A stretch of 64,000 bases of DNA from Octopus vulgaris (GCA_951406725.2 OX597838.1:10230001-10294000); one strand, 5' to 3'. Positions 13,700-27,193 are shown, counted from the stretch's first letter. A program made the numbers and translations. Notes: generated by a model not told the origin, from the sequence alone.

Positions 13700-13982
13700 T
13701 TTGTTCCTTCTCGAGCCATGCCTGGCTCATAAGGGCCGGTTTCTCGGTTTCCTTAGCGTATAGGTTCCCCACCTGGACGGGACGCCGGTCCGTCGCAGGA
13801 GGAAAGAGTGAGAGAAAGTAGTGGCGAAAGAGTCAGCAGAAGTTCGCCATTATCTTCTGCCGGAGCCGCGTGGAGCTTAGGTGTTTCGCTCATAAACACA
13901 CACATCGCCCTGTCTGAGATTCGAACCCGCGATCCCTCGACCGCGAGTCCGCTGCTCTAAGCACTAGGCCATGTGCCTCCAC
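13700..13982 (-). mobile_element. SINE with family C head and a different 3' module
   Basis: 12-bp TSD agagacatgaat (13688-13699 / 13983-13994); tail gaccggcgtcccgtccagg...ggctcgagaaggaac. Confidence 0.88.
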
Positions 13983-14503
13983 AGAGACATGAATAGCAAG
14001 AAGCGAAGTCGACACAAAAGAAAATAGAGGCAATTAAGTTCAGATATAAGGGCAGCATACCTTGTTAAAGATTATGGTTCGAAGAGTGGCAGGCAGAAAT
14101 ACCGTTCAGAATTTAGGAGAAGGCAAATGGTGGTGGTTATGGAGGGGAGAGTTTGATTTGAACTTGGCTGACTAGATCTAATAATTTTAGAATAGTAACA
14201 TCTTGTGCGAATGTTTTTTCCTGGTAAATAAATGTAAGGTAGGAAGTTAAATATAAATGCTAAAATACAAATACATTATAGGTGATATACAAATACGCTT
14301 GTGAGAGGAAAAAGTACTTGCAGTTATAAGACCAATTCTATTTCAGGTACATACTTACTTTTTCTTTGCTATATATATATGGCCTGCTCGCTTAGCCAGC
14401 GGGGTGGCGTCATTCAAAGGCTAAAACAATGTGAACGCATTGTGACCAGCGATGTGTAACAACATCTGATGGTCTGGTCGGTCACGTGATCACGTGATAC
14501 ATA

Positions 14504-14557
<54 letters not shown>

Positions 14558-14559
14558 CA

Positions 14560-14722
14560 TATATACACGACGGGCTTTATTCAGTTTCCGTCTATAAAAT
14601 TTACTCACAAGGTTTTGGTCAACCCAGAACTATTGTAGAAGACATTTACCCAAGGTGCCATGCAGTGGGACTGAACTTGGAACCGTGTGGTTGGGAAGCA
14701 AACTTCTTGTCACACAGCCACG
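14560..14722 (-). mobile_element. SINE family B 5' half
   Basis: Diverged head ending in (TA)n. Confidence 0.8.
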
Positions 14723-15114
14723 CTTGCGTCTTACGATTGTTTATTTTTTTTTGTTTCTGACGATACTTTTTTAGTCTGTCATGGCATTCCAGCTTTACAC
14801 GGACACTTAAATTCATTAAGCAAATTGTCCTCATTTTTTTTTTTAATATTCAAATATAACAGAGTGACGAGCGAAAAATTAACCCAGGTTCTGTAAATTG
14901 GTTTAATTACAGGAATAAATTTACGCACACGAAAAAACATCCAGTTTTTCGTTTTCACGTGACATTGTCTTATTTCGATAGAAAAAGTAGCCTGGGTTTT
15001 GTAGCATGGAGTAAAGACAGAAATCAATTTACTCACCCCAAAAAGCACCCACCTATGTTCTTATTGTTATCAAATTTCTTGTACACTGAAGTATAGACGG
15101 TATTTGGGCTTTCC

Positions 15115-15532
15115 TAAGGCGGCGAACTGGCAGAGTCGTTAGCACGCCGGGCGAAATGCTTAGCGGTATTTCGTCTGTCGTTACGTTGTGAGTTCAAATT
15201 CCGCCGAGGTCAACTTTGCCTTTCATCCTTTCGGGGTTGATAAATTAAGTACCAGTTACGCTCTGGGGTCGATATAATCGACTTAATACCTATGTCTGTC
15301 CTTGTTTGTCCCCTCTATGTTTAGCCCCTTGTGGGTAATAAAGAAATAGGTATTTCGTCTGCCGTTAAGTTCTGAGTTCAAATTCCGCCGAGGTCCACTT
15401 TGCCTTTCATCCTTTCGGGGTCGATGAATTAAGTACCAGTTACGCACTGAGGTCGATATAATCGACTTAATCCGTTTGTCTGTCCTTGTTTGTCCCCTCT
15501 GTGTATAGCCCCTTGTGGGCAGTAAAGAAATA
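15115..15532 (+). mobile_element. SINE family A dimer
   Basis: Full copy plus head-less second unit; 16-bp TSD ggtaYttgggctttcc. Confidence 0.9.
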
Positions 15533-16279
15533 GGTACTTGGGCTTTCCCATTCTCGAGTTTCATAAACTATAGACAGTTACGTTTTTGTGTTCGTTTTGA
15601 AAGATTTTATTTAAAATATGAAATCGTGCATTGAAACAGTTGTTGTGCTTTTGGATATCATTTTGAAATAAAAATACGTTTGTTTGTATTTCATTCTTTT
15701 ATTTTATTATCTGTCACTTAGTTACTTAATAAACTAGTTGACTAAATTTTTGAGCACTCGTTTGATGACTCATCTAGTTGGTTGGTGGATTTCTTTCGTC
15801 AGTACCTACGAACTTATCTGCTCTTCTATGACAAACTAATTTCTGTATGTTTTTTTTCCAGCTTTTATAGATCATAGCAGGCATGGACAACCTTGTTTTC
15901 AACTAGCGAGCTGCATGAGTCATGCATGACTTATTGCCAGCCCCCTCCCTTACCACCCCACAAAACAAAATTGAAGAAAATGTTTTCGTTCTGTGTGCTA
16001 TTCAAAAAGTCACCCACGCGGTTTACCCGAGACTTGTTTAAACTGCTTCGTTTATACATAAAGAAGAGAGTGAACGTGTGGGAATGAGTGTTAATTGTGT
16101 ATGCTTTTCTATTGCTCAGCCAGTGTCAGTCGGTAACTTTAAATTTTCGACGTTTTGCTCTATTGCTTCTATAGAAAAGTTTTAAGAGTGTTATTTTCAA
16201 TATGAATACAAGCATACAAGCAACTAGGTCTCAGACAGGCAAACAATTACCAAGCTTGTCACATGACTATACATATATA

Positions 16280-16945
16280 AATCAACAAAACAAAAAATGG
16301 AACACGAACGTAACAGTCGACAACAAAACATTCAGACAGGAACAAACGAGGACGGGTCGTTCGGAGCTTTCAATCTTCAGTCGAGTTCCAGATCGTCTTT
16401 CCAGTTTCAGCCGGTTACTCTCGAGACTGCTCTAATCTGGCCGGCATCAAGAAAATCTAAGCTAAGAGCACTAGATTCTTTGAAAGAAAGCAAGCGAATG
16501 TATAGGAAAATAAGGACGAAAAAAATACGGAGAAATGGTACACAATTACAAATACAAACAGCAGGTGTCTTTCGACTAAGGAGAAATTAAATTAAGCTGG
16601 CGTGTGTGGAGATGAAACCTTACGGCAGGAACATAGAAGATGAAAGTAATGGGAAGGAATATAAGAGATGCTACACGGATGATAGTCAAACCAAGAAAGA
16701 AAGGATATGCTTGGCCGAACACCGCTCACGTAGAAAGAGAGGAGAAAGGTAGGGGAAGAGGGCTTGAAGAATTAAGGAGGGATGACAAAGAGAGAAAGAA
16801 AGAAAGGGACAGAGTGAGGTAAAGGAAGAAGGAAAGTAATGAGGATGAAGGGAAGGCCAAGAAGTGTGAGAGAGGGTGGGAGCGAGAAAAAGTGAAAGCA
16901 ACGAAGAGTGTGAATGGGGCTAAAAGAAAGAGTAAGAGTCGTACA
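16280..16945 (-). mobile_element. Penelope-like pseudo-LTR remnant (tentative)
   Basis: Shares gacggg..ttcg.agc.ttcaatc.tcagtc with the 62773 hairpin; strongly purine-biased; microsatellite flanks. Confidence 0.45.
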
Positions 16946-16975
16946 GACTTTATATATATATATAAATTCAGTGTG

Positions 16976-17015
<40 letters not shown>

Positions 17016-17017
<2 letters not shown>

Positions 17018-17240
17018 CTCTTTACTCTCTCTTTTACTCTTTTACTTGTTTCAGTCATTTGACTGCGGCCATGCTGGAGCACCGCCTTTAGTCGAGCAAT
17101 TCGAACCCGGGATTTATTCTTTTGTAAGCCCAGTACTTATTCTATCGGTCTCTCTTTTGCCGAACCGCTAAGTAACGGGGACGTAAACACACCAGCATCG
17201 GTTGTCAAGCGATGTTGGGGGGACAAACACACACACACAA

Positions 17241-17278
<38 letters not shown>

Positions 17279-17428
17279 CAGGCTTCTTTCAGTTTCCGTC
17301 TACCAAATCCACTCACAAGGCATTGGTCGGCCCGGGGCTATAGTAGAAGACACTTGCCCAAGATGCCACGCAGTGGGACTGAACCCGCAACCATGTGGTT
17401 GGTTAGCAAGCTACTTACCACACAGCCA
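17016..17428 (-). mobile_element. SINE family B
   Basis: Near full-length match to other copies. Confidence 0.92.
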
Positions 17429-17574
17429 TATATATATATATAAAGGAACGAAGAGAGTGTGAAAGGGTATAAAAGAAAGAGTAAAAGAGTCGTACTGAAT
17501 TCATACATACATACAAGAGACCAAAAGTGTATGGTATGTAAGCCGCTATATGTATATATATACATATAACAGTC

Positions 17575-17830
17575 GGTCAGCAGCGACGCCTGCTGGGTTC
17601 GGCTACTCCACATTGATAAGAGGCAAACACCTCGAAACTAGTCTGTGGATACCAAACCAGCAAGGGGAAGCTGCTGACCTCCCCTGTTCGAAGTTTATAA
17701 TGCGCACAGGTTTGTGTGTCACATAGCTAGCTAGAGGCGATGGCATCTTTGAGCAAATCAACGGCAGCATTCGTCCTATTTTTCTGGACTGCCATGTTAG
17801 CTTGGCGATAACTATTAATATCCAGTACCG
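17575..17830 (+). mobile_element. Hammerhead-bearing dispersed repeat, copy 1
   Basis: Aligns by eye over ~200 bp to 39229-39445 (gggttcggctactc...gctgacctcccctgttcgaag...ggactgccat). Confidence 0.75.
17607..17649 (+). ncRNA. Minimal type-I hammerhead ribozyme motif, U3-A8 core variant
   Basis: tccaca-TTGATAA-gagg(caaaca)cctc-GAAAC-ta-GTC-tgtgga; 6-bp stem I, 4-bp stem II, palindromic ACTAGT. Confidence 0.78.
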
Positions 17831-18040
17831 CTGCCGTAGTCCCCTTTACAGAGAATTAGAAATAATGATATTTCTATATTGAAATAATAAATGCCCAAAA
17901 TGATTCAGTGTTTCAATTGAAGAACATATACAAATGTATTAGACAGTTTTTTGTTTAGGATACGGTATCCGATATTTGCTGTGGTTGAAAACACAAAACA
18001 AACATCACCTTCCTTTGAGTCATCACTCACTCCTCTCTCT

Positions 18041-18108
<68 letters not shown>

Positions 18109-18494
18109 AATTGAGATAGGGGTTGTAAATGCAACCCTCTATGGGATAACGTATATCCAATATACTGCTAGTGAAGTACCCAACAAAGTTAATACATATA
18201 TGTTAATGATTGCGATGCAATCAATTCATTTACTGTATTATATGGGTAAAGGTAAAATGATTTACCTCAAATTACTAATACAAGATAAGAAAATGGAGAA
18301 ATACATCTAAATCAAATATCAATTACCAGATAGTACTCAATCACATACTTTATTAAACCACCACATAAGAGACTGTAGGGTTAAATATAAAAAGCAGAAC
18401 AAATCAGTGTACATCAAAGAATGTACATAAAAAAGTGATTGAGTACAATCTGGTAATTTTTTCGTAAACTTTCCCTATATATATATATATATAT

Positions 18495-18899
18495 AGGCGC
18501 ATGAGTGGCTGTGTGGTAAGTAGCTTGTTTACCAACCACATGGTTCCGGGTTCAGTCCCACTGCGTGGCATCTTGGCCAAGTGTCTTCTGCTATAGCCCC
18601 AGGCCGACCAATGCCTTGTGAGTGGATTTGGTAGACGGAAACTGAAAGAAGCCTGTCGTATATATGTATGTATATGTATGTGTGTGTTTGTGTGTCTGTG
18701 TTTGTCCCCCTAGCATTGCTTGACAATCGATGCTGGTGTGTTTATGTCCCCGTTACTTAGCGGTTCGGCAAAAAGAGACCGATAGAATAGGTACTGGGCT
18801 TACAAAAGAATAAGTCCCGGGGTCGAGTTGCTCGATTAAAGGCGGTGCTCCAGCATGGCCGCAGTCAAATGACTGAAACAAGTAAAAGAGTAAAGAGTA
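18495..18899 (+). mobile_element. SINE family B
   Basis: Full length, flanked by (TA)n. Confidence 0.92.
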
Positions 18900-18962
<63 letters not shown>

Positions 18963-19548
18963 TGTGTCTCGAGTTGTAGGTGTAATTGAAAGGGGCCAGC
19001 CTTGTCATATTCTGTGTGAGGCTGAATCTCCCTGAAAACTACGTTGATGTTATGCATGTCTGTACTCAGCCATTTGTGAGTTGATTTTTATCCTTGTTTG
19101 CTAATGGAAAGTGAAATCGACATCCAATATTTGCTGTGTGTATCTATCCGTGTATAAACTTTTCTTTCGATTTACGTATCTACTGTCTCTCTTTCTCTTT
19201 GATTTAACAATGTTTATATGTATCTAATGTATCTACTTCTCTCTGCGATGAACGCTGTCACCACTCACTATCTCTTTCACTCTCTCTCTCTCTCTCTCTG
19301 TCTGTCTCTGTCTGTCTGTCTCTCTCTCTCTCTCACTTTCTCTCTGTCCTCTTCTCTCTCGTTTTGCCACTTCTTTGAAGTAAGTGTGATGCACACAACA
19401 AGTAAGTACAAAAACAAACAAACGTATTAATATTATTGATAAATATGATTCGGCAATAGTTGTATGATGGTGACTCATCAGGTAGAATGCTCTTAGGGAT
19501 TTGAGAAGATCATTACGCCAATAATAGTAAAGACACGCACCCGTTCAA

Positions 19549-19582
<34 letters not shown>

Positions 19583-19587
<5 letters not shown>

Positions 19588-20315
19588 CGGGGAAAATTGA
19601 TTTATAAACAATATTATGAAATGTCGGAGTCAGCATTTGTAACGATAAATATTTGTTATTATAATTGCATACTGTAGGATGTGAAAGATGAACAATGCAT
19701 GAAGTTTTAAGAAAGTATTTATTTACCGTTACGTTACAATATCTTGCTTCGACGAGCAGGTTATGATAAATGCAAAAGCATGCGAAGTAAAGTTTGTGAT
19801 TGTGTCCTCTTCATTGTTTAGTAGTAATTACAGAGAGAGATAGAATGATGTTGTAAGAGAACAGAATTAGAGCTAGTGAGAGTTGTAGGGTGTTGTCTCA
19901 CAGTTGCTGACAGTAAACTTCATTTCTCCCTCTGAGCCAGGTTCTAGCTGGTCAGCCAGACTTCGTTGTCACCGGAGTGACTAATTGGTTGAGTCGTCAC
20001 CGACTGTGACTAACTGCCTTTTGCTTGGGATGTGCTTGCTTTTATAACTATCCAGAAGGATAGACATACCATTGAGAACAATAGATTTAGTTGGTGGTCT
20101 TGTTATCTCTATTCTAGCTTTTGGTGGAATAGAAAAGGTTAGAAAGGGTCAAGTGGTGAAGACATTATTTCGGCCTAGCTAAAGGCATCTGGAACATGTA
20201 AAACTGCTGTCAGAGAAAAACCATTGCTCCACTGTGGGAAAAGTTCTGTTGCGGTGTTAATTTAAATCTGGCTATGGTGGATCGAATCCACTTCATGCTT
20301 GCAAGATCCACTACA
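19583..20315 (-). mobile_element. Solo-LTR-like element in (TA)n
   Basis: Termini tatagcgg...ccactaca; minus-strand TATAAA and AATAAA; homologous to 25405-25977. Confidence 0.65.
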
Positions 20316-20446
20316 TATATATGTGTTTGTGTGTGTGTGTGTGTGTGAGTGTGTGTGTGAGTGTATGTGTGTGTGTCTAAAGATTCCCTTTATGATATTA
20401 ATACTACTTCTGCCGCTATTAGTTATATATATATATATATATATAT

Positions 20447-20655
20447 ACTCTTTACTCTTTTACTTGTTTCAGTCATTTGACTGCGGCTATGCTGGAGCAC
20501 CGCCTTTAGTCGAGCAAATCGACCCTGAGACATATTCTTTGTAAGCCCAGTACTTATTCTATCGGTCTCTTTTGCCGAACCGCTAAGTGACGGGGACGTA
20601 AACACACCAGCATCGGTTATCAAGCAATGCTAGGGGCACAAACACAGACACACAA

Positions 20656-20716
<61 letters not shown>

Positions 20717-20889
20717 CATATATACGACAGGCTTCTTTCAGTTTCCGTCTACCAAATCCACTCACAAGGCATTGGTCGGCCCGGGGCTATAGCAGAAGAC
20801 ACTTGCCCAACATGCCACGCAGTGGGACTGAACCCGGAACCATGTGGTTGGTTAACAAGCTACTTACCACACAGCCACTCCTGCGCCTA
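20447..20889 (-). mobile_element. SINE family B
   Basis: Full length, flanked by (TA)n. Confidence 0.92.
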
Positions 20890-21110
20890 TATAAATGGAA
20901 TGAGTTTCCGCCGACCAAATTTACCTCACCAGGCACTGCTCAGTTAGATTTGATGGTAAATTATACTTACTTAAGCATACCTGTTATTTGAACGCAAGAC
21001 CACTTGAACTTGTTTTTTAGATCAGTCATGCGCAGAAATGTGTTGCAAACATTACTTTCGCAGAAAATGCAAAATACAAATAAATAAATAAATAAATAAA
21101 AAGAAGAAAA

Positions 21111-21615
21111 TCTATATATATAAAACTGTAGTTGTGTGAGTGTCTGTCCCCTTCGATTTAGATTCCTAACTACTCCCACATTTTGCGGTGCAGTTTAACC
21201 AAATTCGGGTATCTTATAGTCGTGATTCATATCGAGCCCGTCTGAGTATTAGCGCGCGTCTACGATGAGTCTACGATTTTAAAAATAATTTAACATCATT
21301 TTTTATTCCATTTTAATGCATAATTTTTCGTGTGTCGATGGCGGCGGAGTTGGCGTCCATGGTCACACCTGCACCTGTTTGCTTCTCCCCTCCCTCGTGA
21401 AGCTGTGGGGAAGGGAGTGTAAGGAAATCAACGTCGTAAAGCGTTGTCAAGGAGACCAGCGTTCTTTTAGAACAACGACTTCATGGCTTGAAGACACCAA
21501 AACAGAAATGGCTAAGAAAGCCCGAATTGGCATCTATAAGGGAAGTAACTCTCTAAAAAATGCTTATATAGTTATTTCCCTTACAAACCCGAGCAACGCC
21601 GGGCGATACTGCTAG
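21111..21615 (+). mobile_element. Non-autonomous Helitron, same family
   Basis: Same termini and A|T insertion; different internal content. Confidence 0.88.
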
Positions 21616-21790
21616 TAAAAAATAAAATGTAAACGAGAGAAAGAAAGAACAAATTTCGGAGCTGCACTCATATTCGTCTCGCAAACTGCTTAGTCTGAAT
21701 CCGCGTGCTTATAAAACTGAGGCAGTTATTACATCGAGGTGAAAACAATTTTTGTAATCCAAAAGGACACAAAGATTGATAAATTCAGCA

Positions 21791-21950
21791 AGGAGTGGCT
21801 GTGTGGTAAGTAGCTTGCTAACCAACCACAAGGTTCTGGGTTCAGTCCCACTGCGTGGCATCTTGGGCAAGTGTCTTCTGCTATAGCCCCGGCCCGACCA
21901 ATGCCTTGTGAGTGGATTTGGTAGACGGAAACTGAAAGAAGCCTGTCGTA

Positions 21951-22024
<74 letters not shown>

Positions 22025-22250
22025 TGTGTGTATATATGTTTGTGTGTCTGTGTTTTTGCCCCCCTAGCATCGCTTGACAACCGATGCTGATGTGTTTACG
22101 TCCCTGTAACTTAGCGGTTCGGCAAAAGAGACCGATAGAATAAGTACTGGGCTTACAAAGAATAAGTCCCGGGGTCGATTTGCTCGACGAAAGGCGGTGC
22201 TCCAGCATGGCCGCAGTCAAATGACTGAAGCAAGTAAAAGAATAAAGAGT
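21791..22250 (+). mobile_element. SINE family B
   Basis: Near full length with a long internal (TA)n. Confidence 0.92.
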
Positions 22251-22477
22251 AAATGAAAAGCGTAAAATAGAAAAAGATAGATTTTACGTATTTATCTGTA
22301 GACATTTAGTCCAGAAGAAACTAAATCTGGGTCATTTCTGTTATCACTTCACCGCTTTACAACGGAGGTATTTTGTTTGTTCAGTTTGACAATGGTCCCC
22401 AGGAAGACTGTAAAGGTTTTCTATCTCTTAATACTTATTGCTTAATCATAAAATATCCAAATAGAGTTTTCTAACCT

Positions 22478-23142
22478 GGGATCTTTTCGGTTTGAACGGT
22501 AGTTTATTAAAATAATTTCCACGTAACTAAACTTTTAAACTTCGTATACCGGTAGAATGTGTTTATAAAACATCTTTTTCTCTTGGCTTTATTGAGAAAA
22601 TTCTATAGTTTGTAACATATTTGTTGTTTTTTTTTTCTTCAATTTCTGCAATTTCAACCAATCAGTGACGTCTATTGAGGTAAAAAACATTCTGTGCCGT
22701 ATGAATATGTCCCTCGTTTAAGAAACAGATTGAGTTTATGGATCTTTTCAGTTTGACCGGCAGTTTTTAAAAATAATTTCCACGTAACTATAAACACTTT
22801 TAAACTCCGTACACTGGTAGAATGTGTTTTTAAAACATCTTTTACTCTTGGCTTTATTGAGAAAACTCTATAGTTTGTAAGATATTTATTGTTGTTTTTT
22901 TCTGCAATTTCTACCAATCAATGACGTCTATTGAGGTGAAAACATTCTGTGCCGTATGAATATGTCCCTCGTTTAAGAAACAGATTGGGTTTATTTACAT
23001 TTCTGAAGAAAAAAAGATACCCTTCCCCCCCCACCCCTAAAACAGATTGAAATGCAATAGATCGATACTAGGGTCATAATTATGGGTGACAATTTCATAT
23101 GACACCGCTAGAAAAGACTGCCGGTCAAACCGAAAAGATCCC
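22478..23142. mobile_element. TIR element (MITE) with 6-bp TSD and internal duplication
   Basis: gggatcttttcggtttga ... tcaaaccgaaaagatccc, flanked by taacct on both sides. Confidence 0.88.
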
Positions 23143-23328
23143 TAACCTGTGTTAAGGTGCAGAGGAGGGCTGTGAAATTATAAAAACAGAGAAAGTGATG
23201 CTCACTTCTTTAACTATATAGTTATATTCTTTCAAACTGCCGGAAAGACAATTGTAGAGTATTGCCTGAGCCTAGTTCTCTCATGCATTTGAGAATGTTA
23301 GTTTAGTTGACGGTGACTGGTGAAGCTG

Positions 23329-23749
23329 GCAGAAGGCGGCGAGCTGGCAGAAACGTTAGCACGCCGGGCGAAATGCTTAGTGGTATTTCGTCTGCCGTTA
23401 CGTTCTGAGTTCAAATTCCGCCGAGGTCGACTTTGCCTTTCATCTTTTCGGGGTCGATAAATTAAGTACCAGTTACGCACTGGGGTCGATGCAATCGACT
23501 TAATCCGTTTGCCTGTCCTTGTTTGTCCCCTCTGTGTTTAGCCCCTTGTGGGTAGTAAAGAAATAGGTATTTCGTCTGCCGTTACGTTCTGAGTTCAAAT
23601 TCCGCCGAGGTCGACTTTGCCTTTCATCCTTTCGGGGTCGATAAATTAAGTACCAGTTACGCACTGGGGTCGATGTAATCGACTTAATCCGTTTGTCTGT
23701 CCTTGTTTGTCCCCTCTGTGTTTAGCCCCTTGTGGGTAGTAAAGAAATA
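23329..23749 (+). mobile_element. SINE family A dimer
   Basis: 17-bp perfect TSD ggtgactggtgaagctg (23312-23328 / 23750-23766). Confidence 0.92.
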
Positions 23750-24275
23750 GGTGACTGGTGAAGCTGTATAAGCTTGTGTGCTTGAGTGTGTGTGTATCTA
23801 TGTTTGTCATTGTTCATGTAATTATAATGCGAAATCGATTAACTATATTTCATATTGATTGCGGATCTTTTCAAATTTCCTAACACCGTCAGAATATTTT
23901 CAAATTTTCTACACTGATATAGTTTTGCTTGCTGATGACGAAAATCGCATTAATTTTCTCTAGAAACTAATAACAAAAAAGTTGCAAGCCTTTAAACTTA
24001 AATGACTCTTGCCAATCGGAAGCCTCCGTTGCCGACATAGTGGAAATCACATTTGTCCGTTTCCATTATTGATGTTATCCACGTGTCGATGCTAAGAAAA
24101 TGAAAATATTACAAAACCAAATATTTTTTCCTCTCTCTCTCTCTCCCTCCACAGAAGACCTACTGTTCAGTCAACATTGTACCTATGTTCACGTCGAAAA
24201 CACTGTCTCATCAATGTCGATTATTCTGCTGGGACCATCAATCTTAAATGGGTTTCTTGTTTCATTTTTGTTTTG

Positions 24276-24277
<2 letters not shown>

Positions 24278-24325
<48 letters not shown>

Positions 24326-24628
24326 TATACATATATATATATACATATATATATATACATATATATATATACATATATATATATATACATATATATATAT
24401 ACATATATATATATATACATATATATATACATATATATATACATATATATATATACATATATATATACACACACATATATACACACACATATATATATAT
24501 ACACACATATATATATATATACACACACATATATATATATATACATATATATATATACATATATTTACATACATATATTTATATACATATATATACATAC
24601 ACATATATACATATATATACATACATAT
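24278..24628. repeat. Compound (TA)/(CA) microsatellite
   Basis: Seen directly. Confidence 0.95.
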
Positions 24629-24708
24629 AAGGTTGTCTCTCCTTTCTGTAACCCTGGATAGGGGCCCTTACCGGGTACTGTCAGCCGGAGCCAGCTGAGC
24701 CTGGGACT

Positions 24709-25400
24709 CGCGTGGAATCAAGTACCCTGACCTCCTAACATGCCGTAAATCCTTTAGTTTTGATCGGAAAAAAAGGTGGGGGAACCGGACCGCCATCCCC
24801 TATCTCAGAATCATTGGAAAATTTTATTTTCGTTGAATGAATTTCGGTGACCTCCTAATATGCTACAAAACCCTTTTTGGGGGTCTGGAAAACGGTTCGG
24901 GGTGAGGTGAAAGCCTCGGAAATTTCATCTCCACCCACCCCCATTGATCTTTTCACCTGCACGATTTTCACTAAGAAAAACAAAAACTCGGATTTTTTGC
25001 GTGGAATCAAGTACCCCGACCTTCTAATATGCTGCAAATCTACCCCCCCACACACACATTTTTCCGAACAAAAATAAGGGATTTATAGCATATTGAGAGG
25101 TCAGGGAATTTGATTCCACACAAATTTCCGAGGCTTCCACCTCACCCCACAACGTTTTCCGGGCCCAAAAAGGGTTTTGTAGCATATTAGGAAGTCAGCG
25201 GAATTCATTCATCGAAAAAAAAAAACAAAAAAAAAACACAATTCCAATGATTCTGGGATGGGGGGGGTCCGCCCCCACTTTTTTCTTCCGAACAAAAATA
25301 AGGGATTTACAGGATACTAGGAGGTCAGGGTACTTGATTCCACGCAAAAAAATCCGAGTTTTTTTTTTTTTTTTGTTAGTGAAAATCGTGTGGGTGAAAG
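24709..25400. mobile_element. Foldback-like element with modular inverted arms
   Basis: gcgtggaatcaagtaccctgacctcct and flanks recur in both orientations around ~25055. Confidence 0.75.
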
Positions 25401-25404
25401 TATC

Positions 25405-25977
25405 AGAAAAGTATGCGAGGTAAAAAGAGATAATTTCGGCGAGTATGTGTGTACACGTCCTTCTTGTGGCAGTAAACCATAGCGATAGCATGATGTTGTA
25501 AGAGAAAAGAAACAGCTAGTGAAAGTTATAGAGTCGAGAGAAGTTGTGTCCCATAGTAAGCTGGTTATAACCTTCTTCCTCCCTGTGGCCGTTTGGTCTG
25601 TAGTGGCTATCTACTTGTGGCTGTCTACTCTAGTTGGTCTCTGTTCACTGACTGATGGTCACTCTCACTAACTGGTTTTGCCTTACGAAATTCTAGTATT
25701 TATAACTATCCAAAACCAGCCAGAAGGATAGACATTCTTGAGAAAAATAGATTTCGTTGGTGGTACCCGTCATCTCAATTCTAACTTTTGGTGGCCTAGA
25801 AGAGGTTAGAAGGGTCAAGTGGCAAAGACATTATTTTCCTTAGCGAAGGTATCTGAAAAATGTAACTGCTGTCACTCACAGAAAAACTATTGTTTTACCG
25901 TAAGAAAAGTGCTATTGAACTGTGAAATTTGGCTATCCAGGATCGAATCCACAGGAATCCTGCAAGAAGCCACTACA
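25405..25977 (-). mobile_element. Partial copy of the 19583-20315 LTR-like family
   Basis: Shared tttataactatcca, ccagaaggatagacat, gggtcaagtgg and cactaca end. Confidence 0.7.
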
Positions 25978-25979
25978 GT

Positions 25980-26015
<36 letters not shown>

Positions 26016-26084
26016 CAGACAGTGATAAATAGACAGTCAGACAGAGCTAGCTAGCTAGATAGACAGATAGAGATAGAGATAGAC

Positions 26085-26164
<80 letters not shown>

Positions 26165-26391
26165 GATAGATAGATAGATAGGATAGATAGATAAATAGAT
26201 AGACAAACATAGACAGACAGACAGTGATAAATAGTCAGGCAGAGCTAGACAGACAGACGGACGGACGAATGGATAGACAGACAGACAGATAGATAGATAG
26301 AGAGAGATATAGACGGAGAGATATAGAAAGATATATAGATAGAGAGAGAGGCAGAGACAGACAGACAGAGTGATATATATATATATATATA

Positions 26392-26427
<36 letters not shown>
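25980..26427. repeat. (GATA)/(GACA)/(GA)n compound microsatellite
   Basis: Seen directly. Confidence 0.95.
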
Positions 26428-27028
26428 AGTTTAGGGTATGTGTGACATACACACACATAAATAAAAATAAAATAGGCAGTTGTACACACAATAAATAGAA
26501 AGAAATCTTCGGATGTCATTCATTCATGTTAGACAGAAAGAAAGGCTAATAGTTAAGTGGGCAGATAAAAAAAAAAAGCTAGTGGATCGTCTTTGGTGGA
26601 CGGGTGGGGCAAGATCAGTAGCAAATGACCATTCGGCTGAAAGGCAGCTCGCAATGAATGATGATAATAATACCAACAACAAACCCACCTACGATGGGTT
26701 CGCGGCTATCGTAGTCTTTATTTATTTTTTAATTTATCTTTTTATTTTCTACCGTCGTCCATGTCCTGACTACCAAAGTGAACGGTCCCGTCTCAGAAGT
26801 TTTACTCGTTTCCAAGACAAGTCACTTTCTGTCGGAGCTTGGCACCACAATTATAACATGCTGCGATCGTATTCTCTTGCGGTGATTTTTTTTTCTATAA
26901 GGAAGTAAGCAAGGTATGTGAAAAACTCTTCTTTGTTGATAAACGATTTAGGTGTTATCATCTTTACTGCGGTTGTGTGTGTGAAAATACATCTGAATCT
27001 CTCGTGTTGTAATCTTCCATAAATAACC

Positions 27029-27029
<1 letters not shown>

Positions 27030-27060
<31 letters not shown>

Positions 27061-27161
27061 CACAGACACATATATATATATATATATATATATTCACACA
27101 GACACACACACATATATATATATATTCACACAGACACACACATATATATATATATTCACAG

Positions 27162-27193
<32 letters not shown>

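Noticed and set aside
23929-23950. CTGATGA-c-GAAA
   Set aside because: No stem II or stem I; expected by chance.
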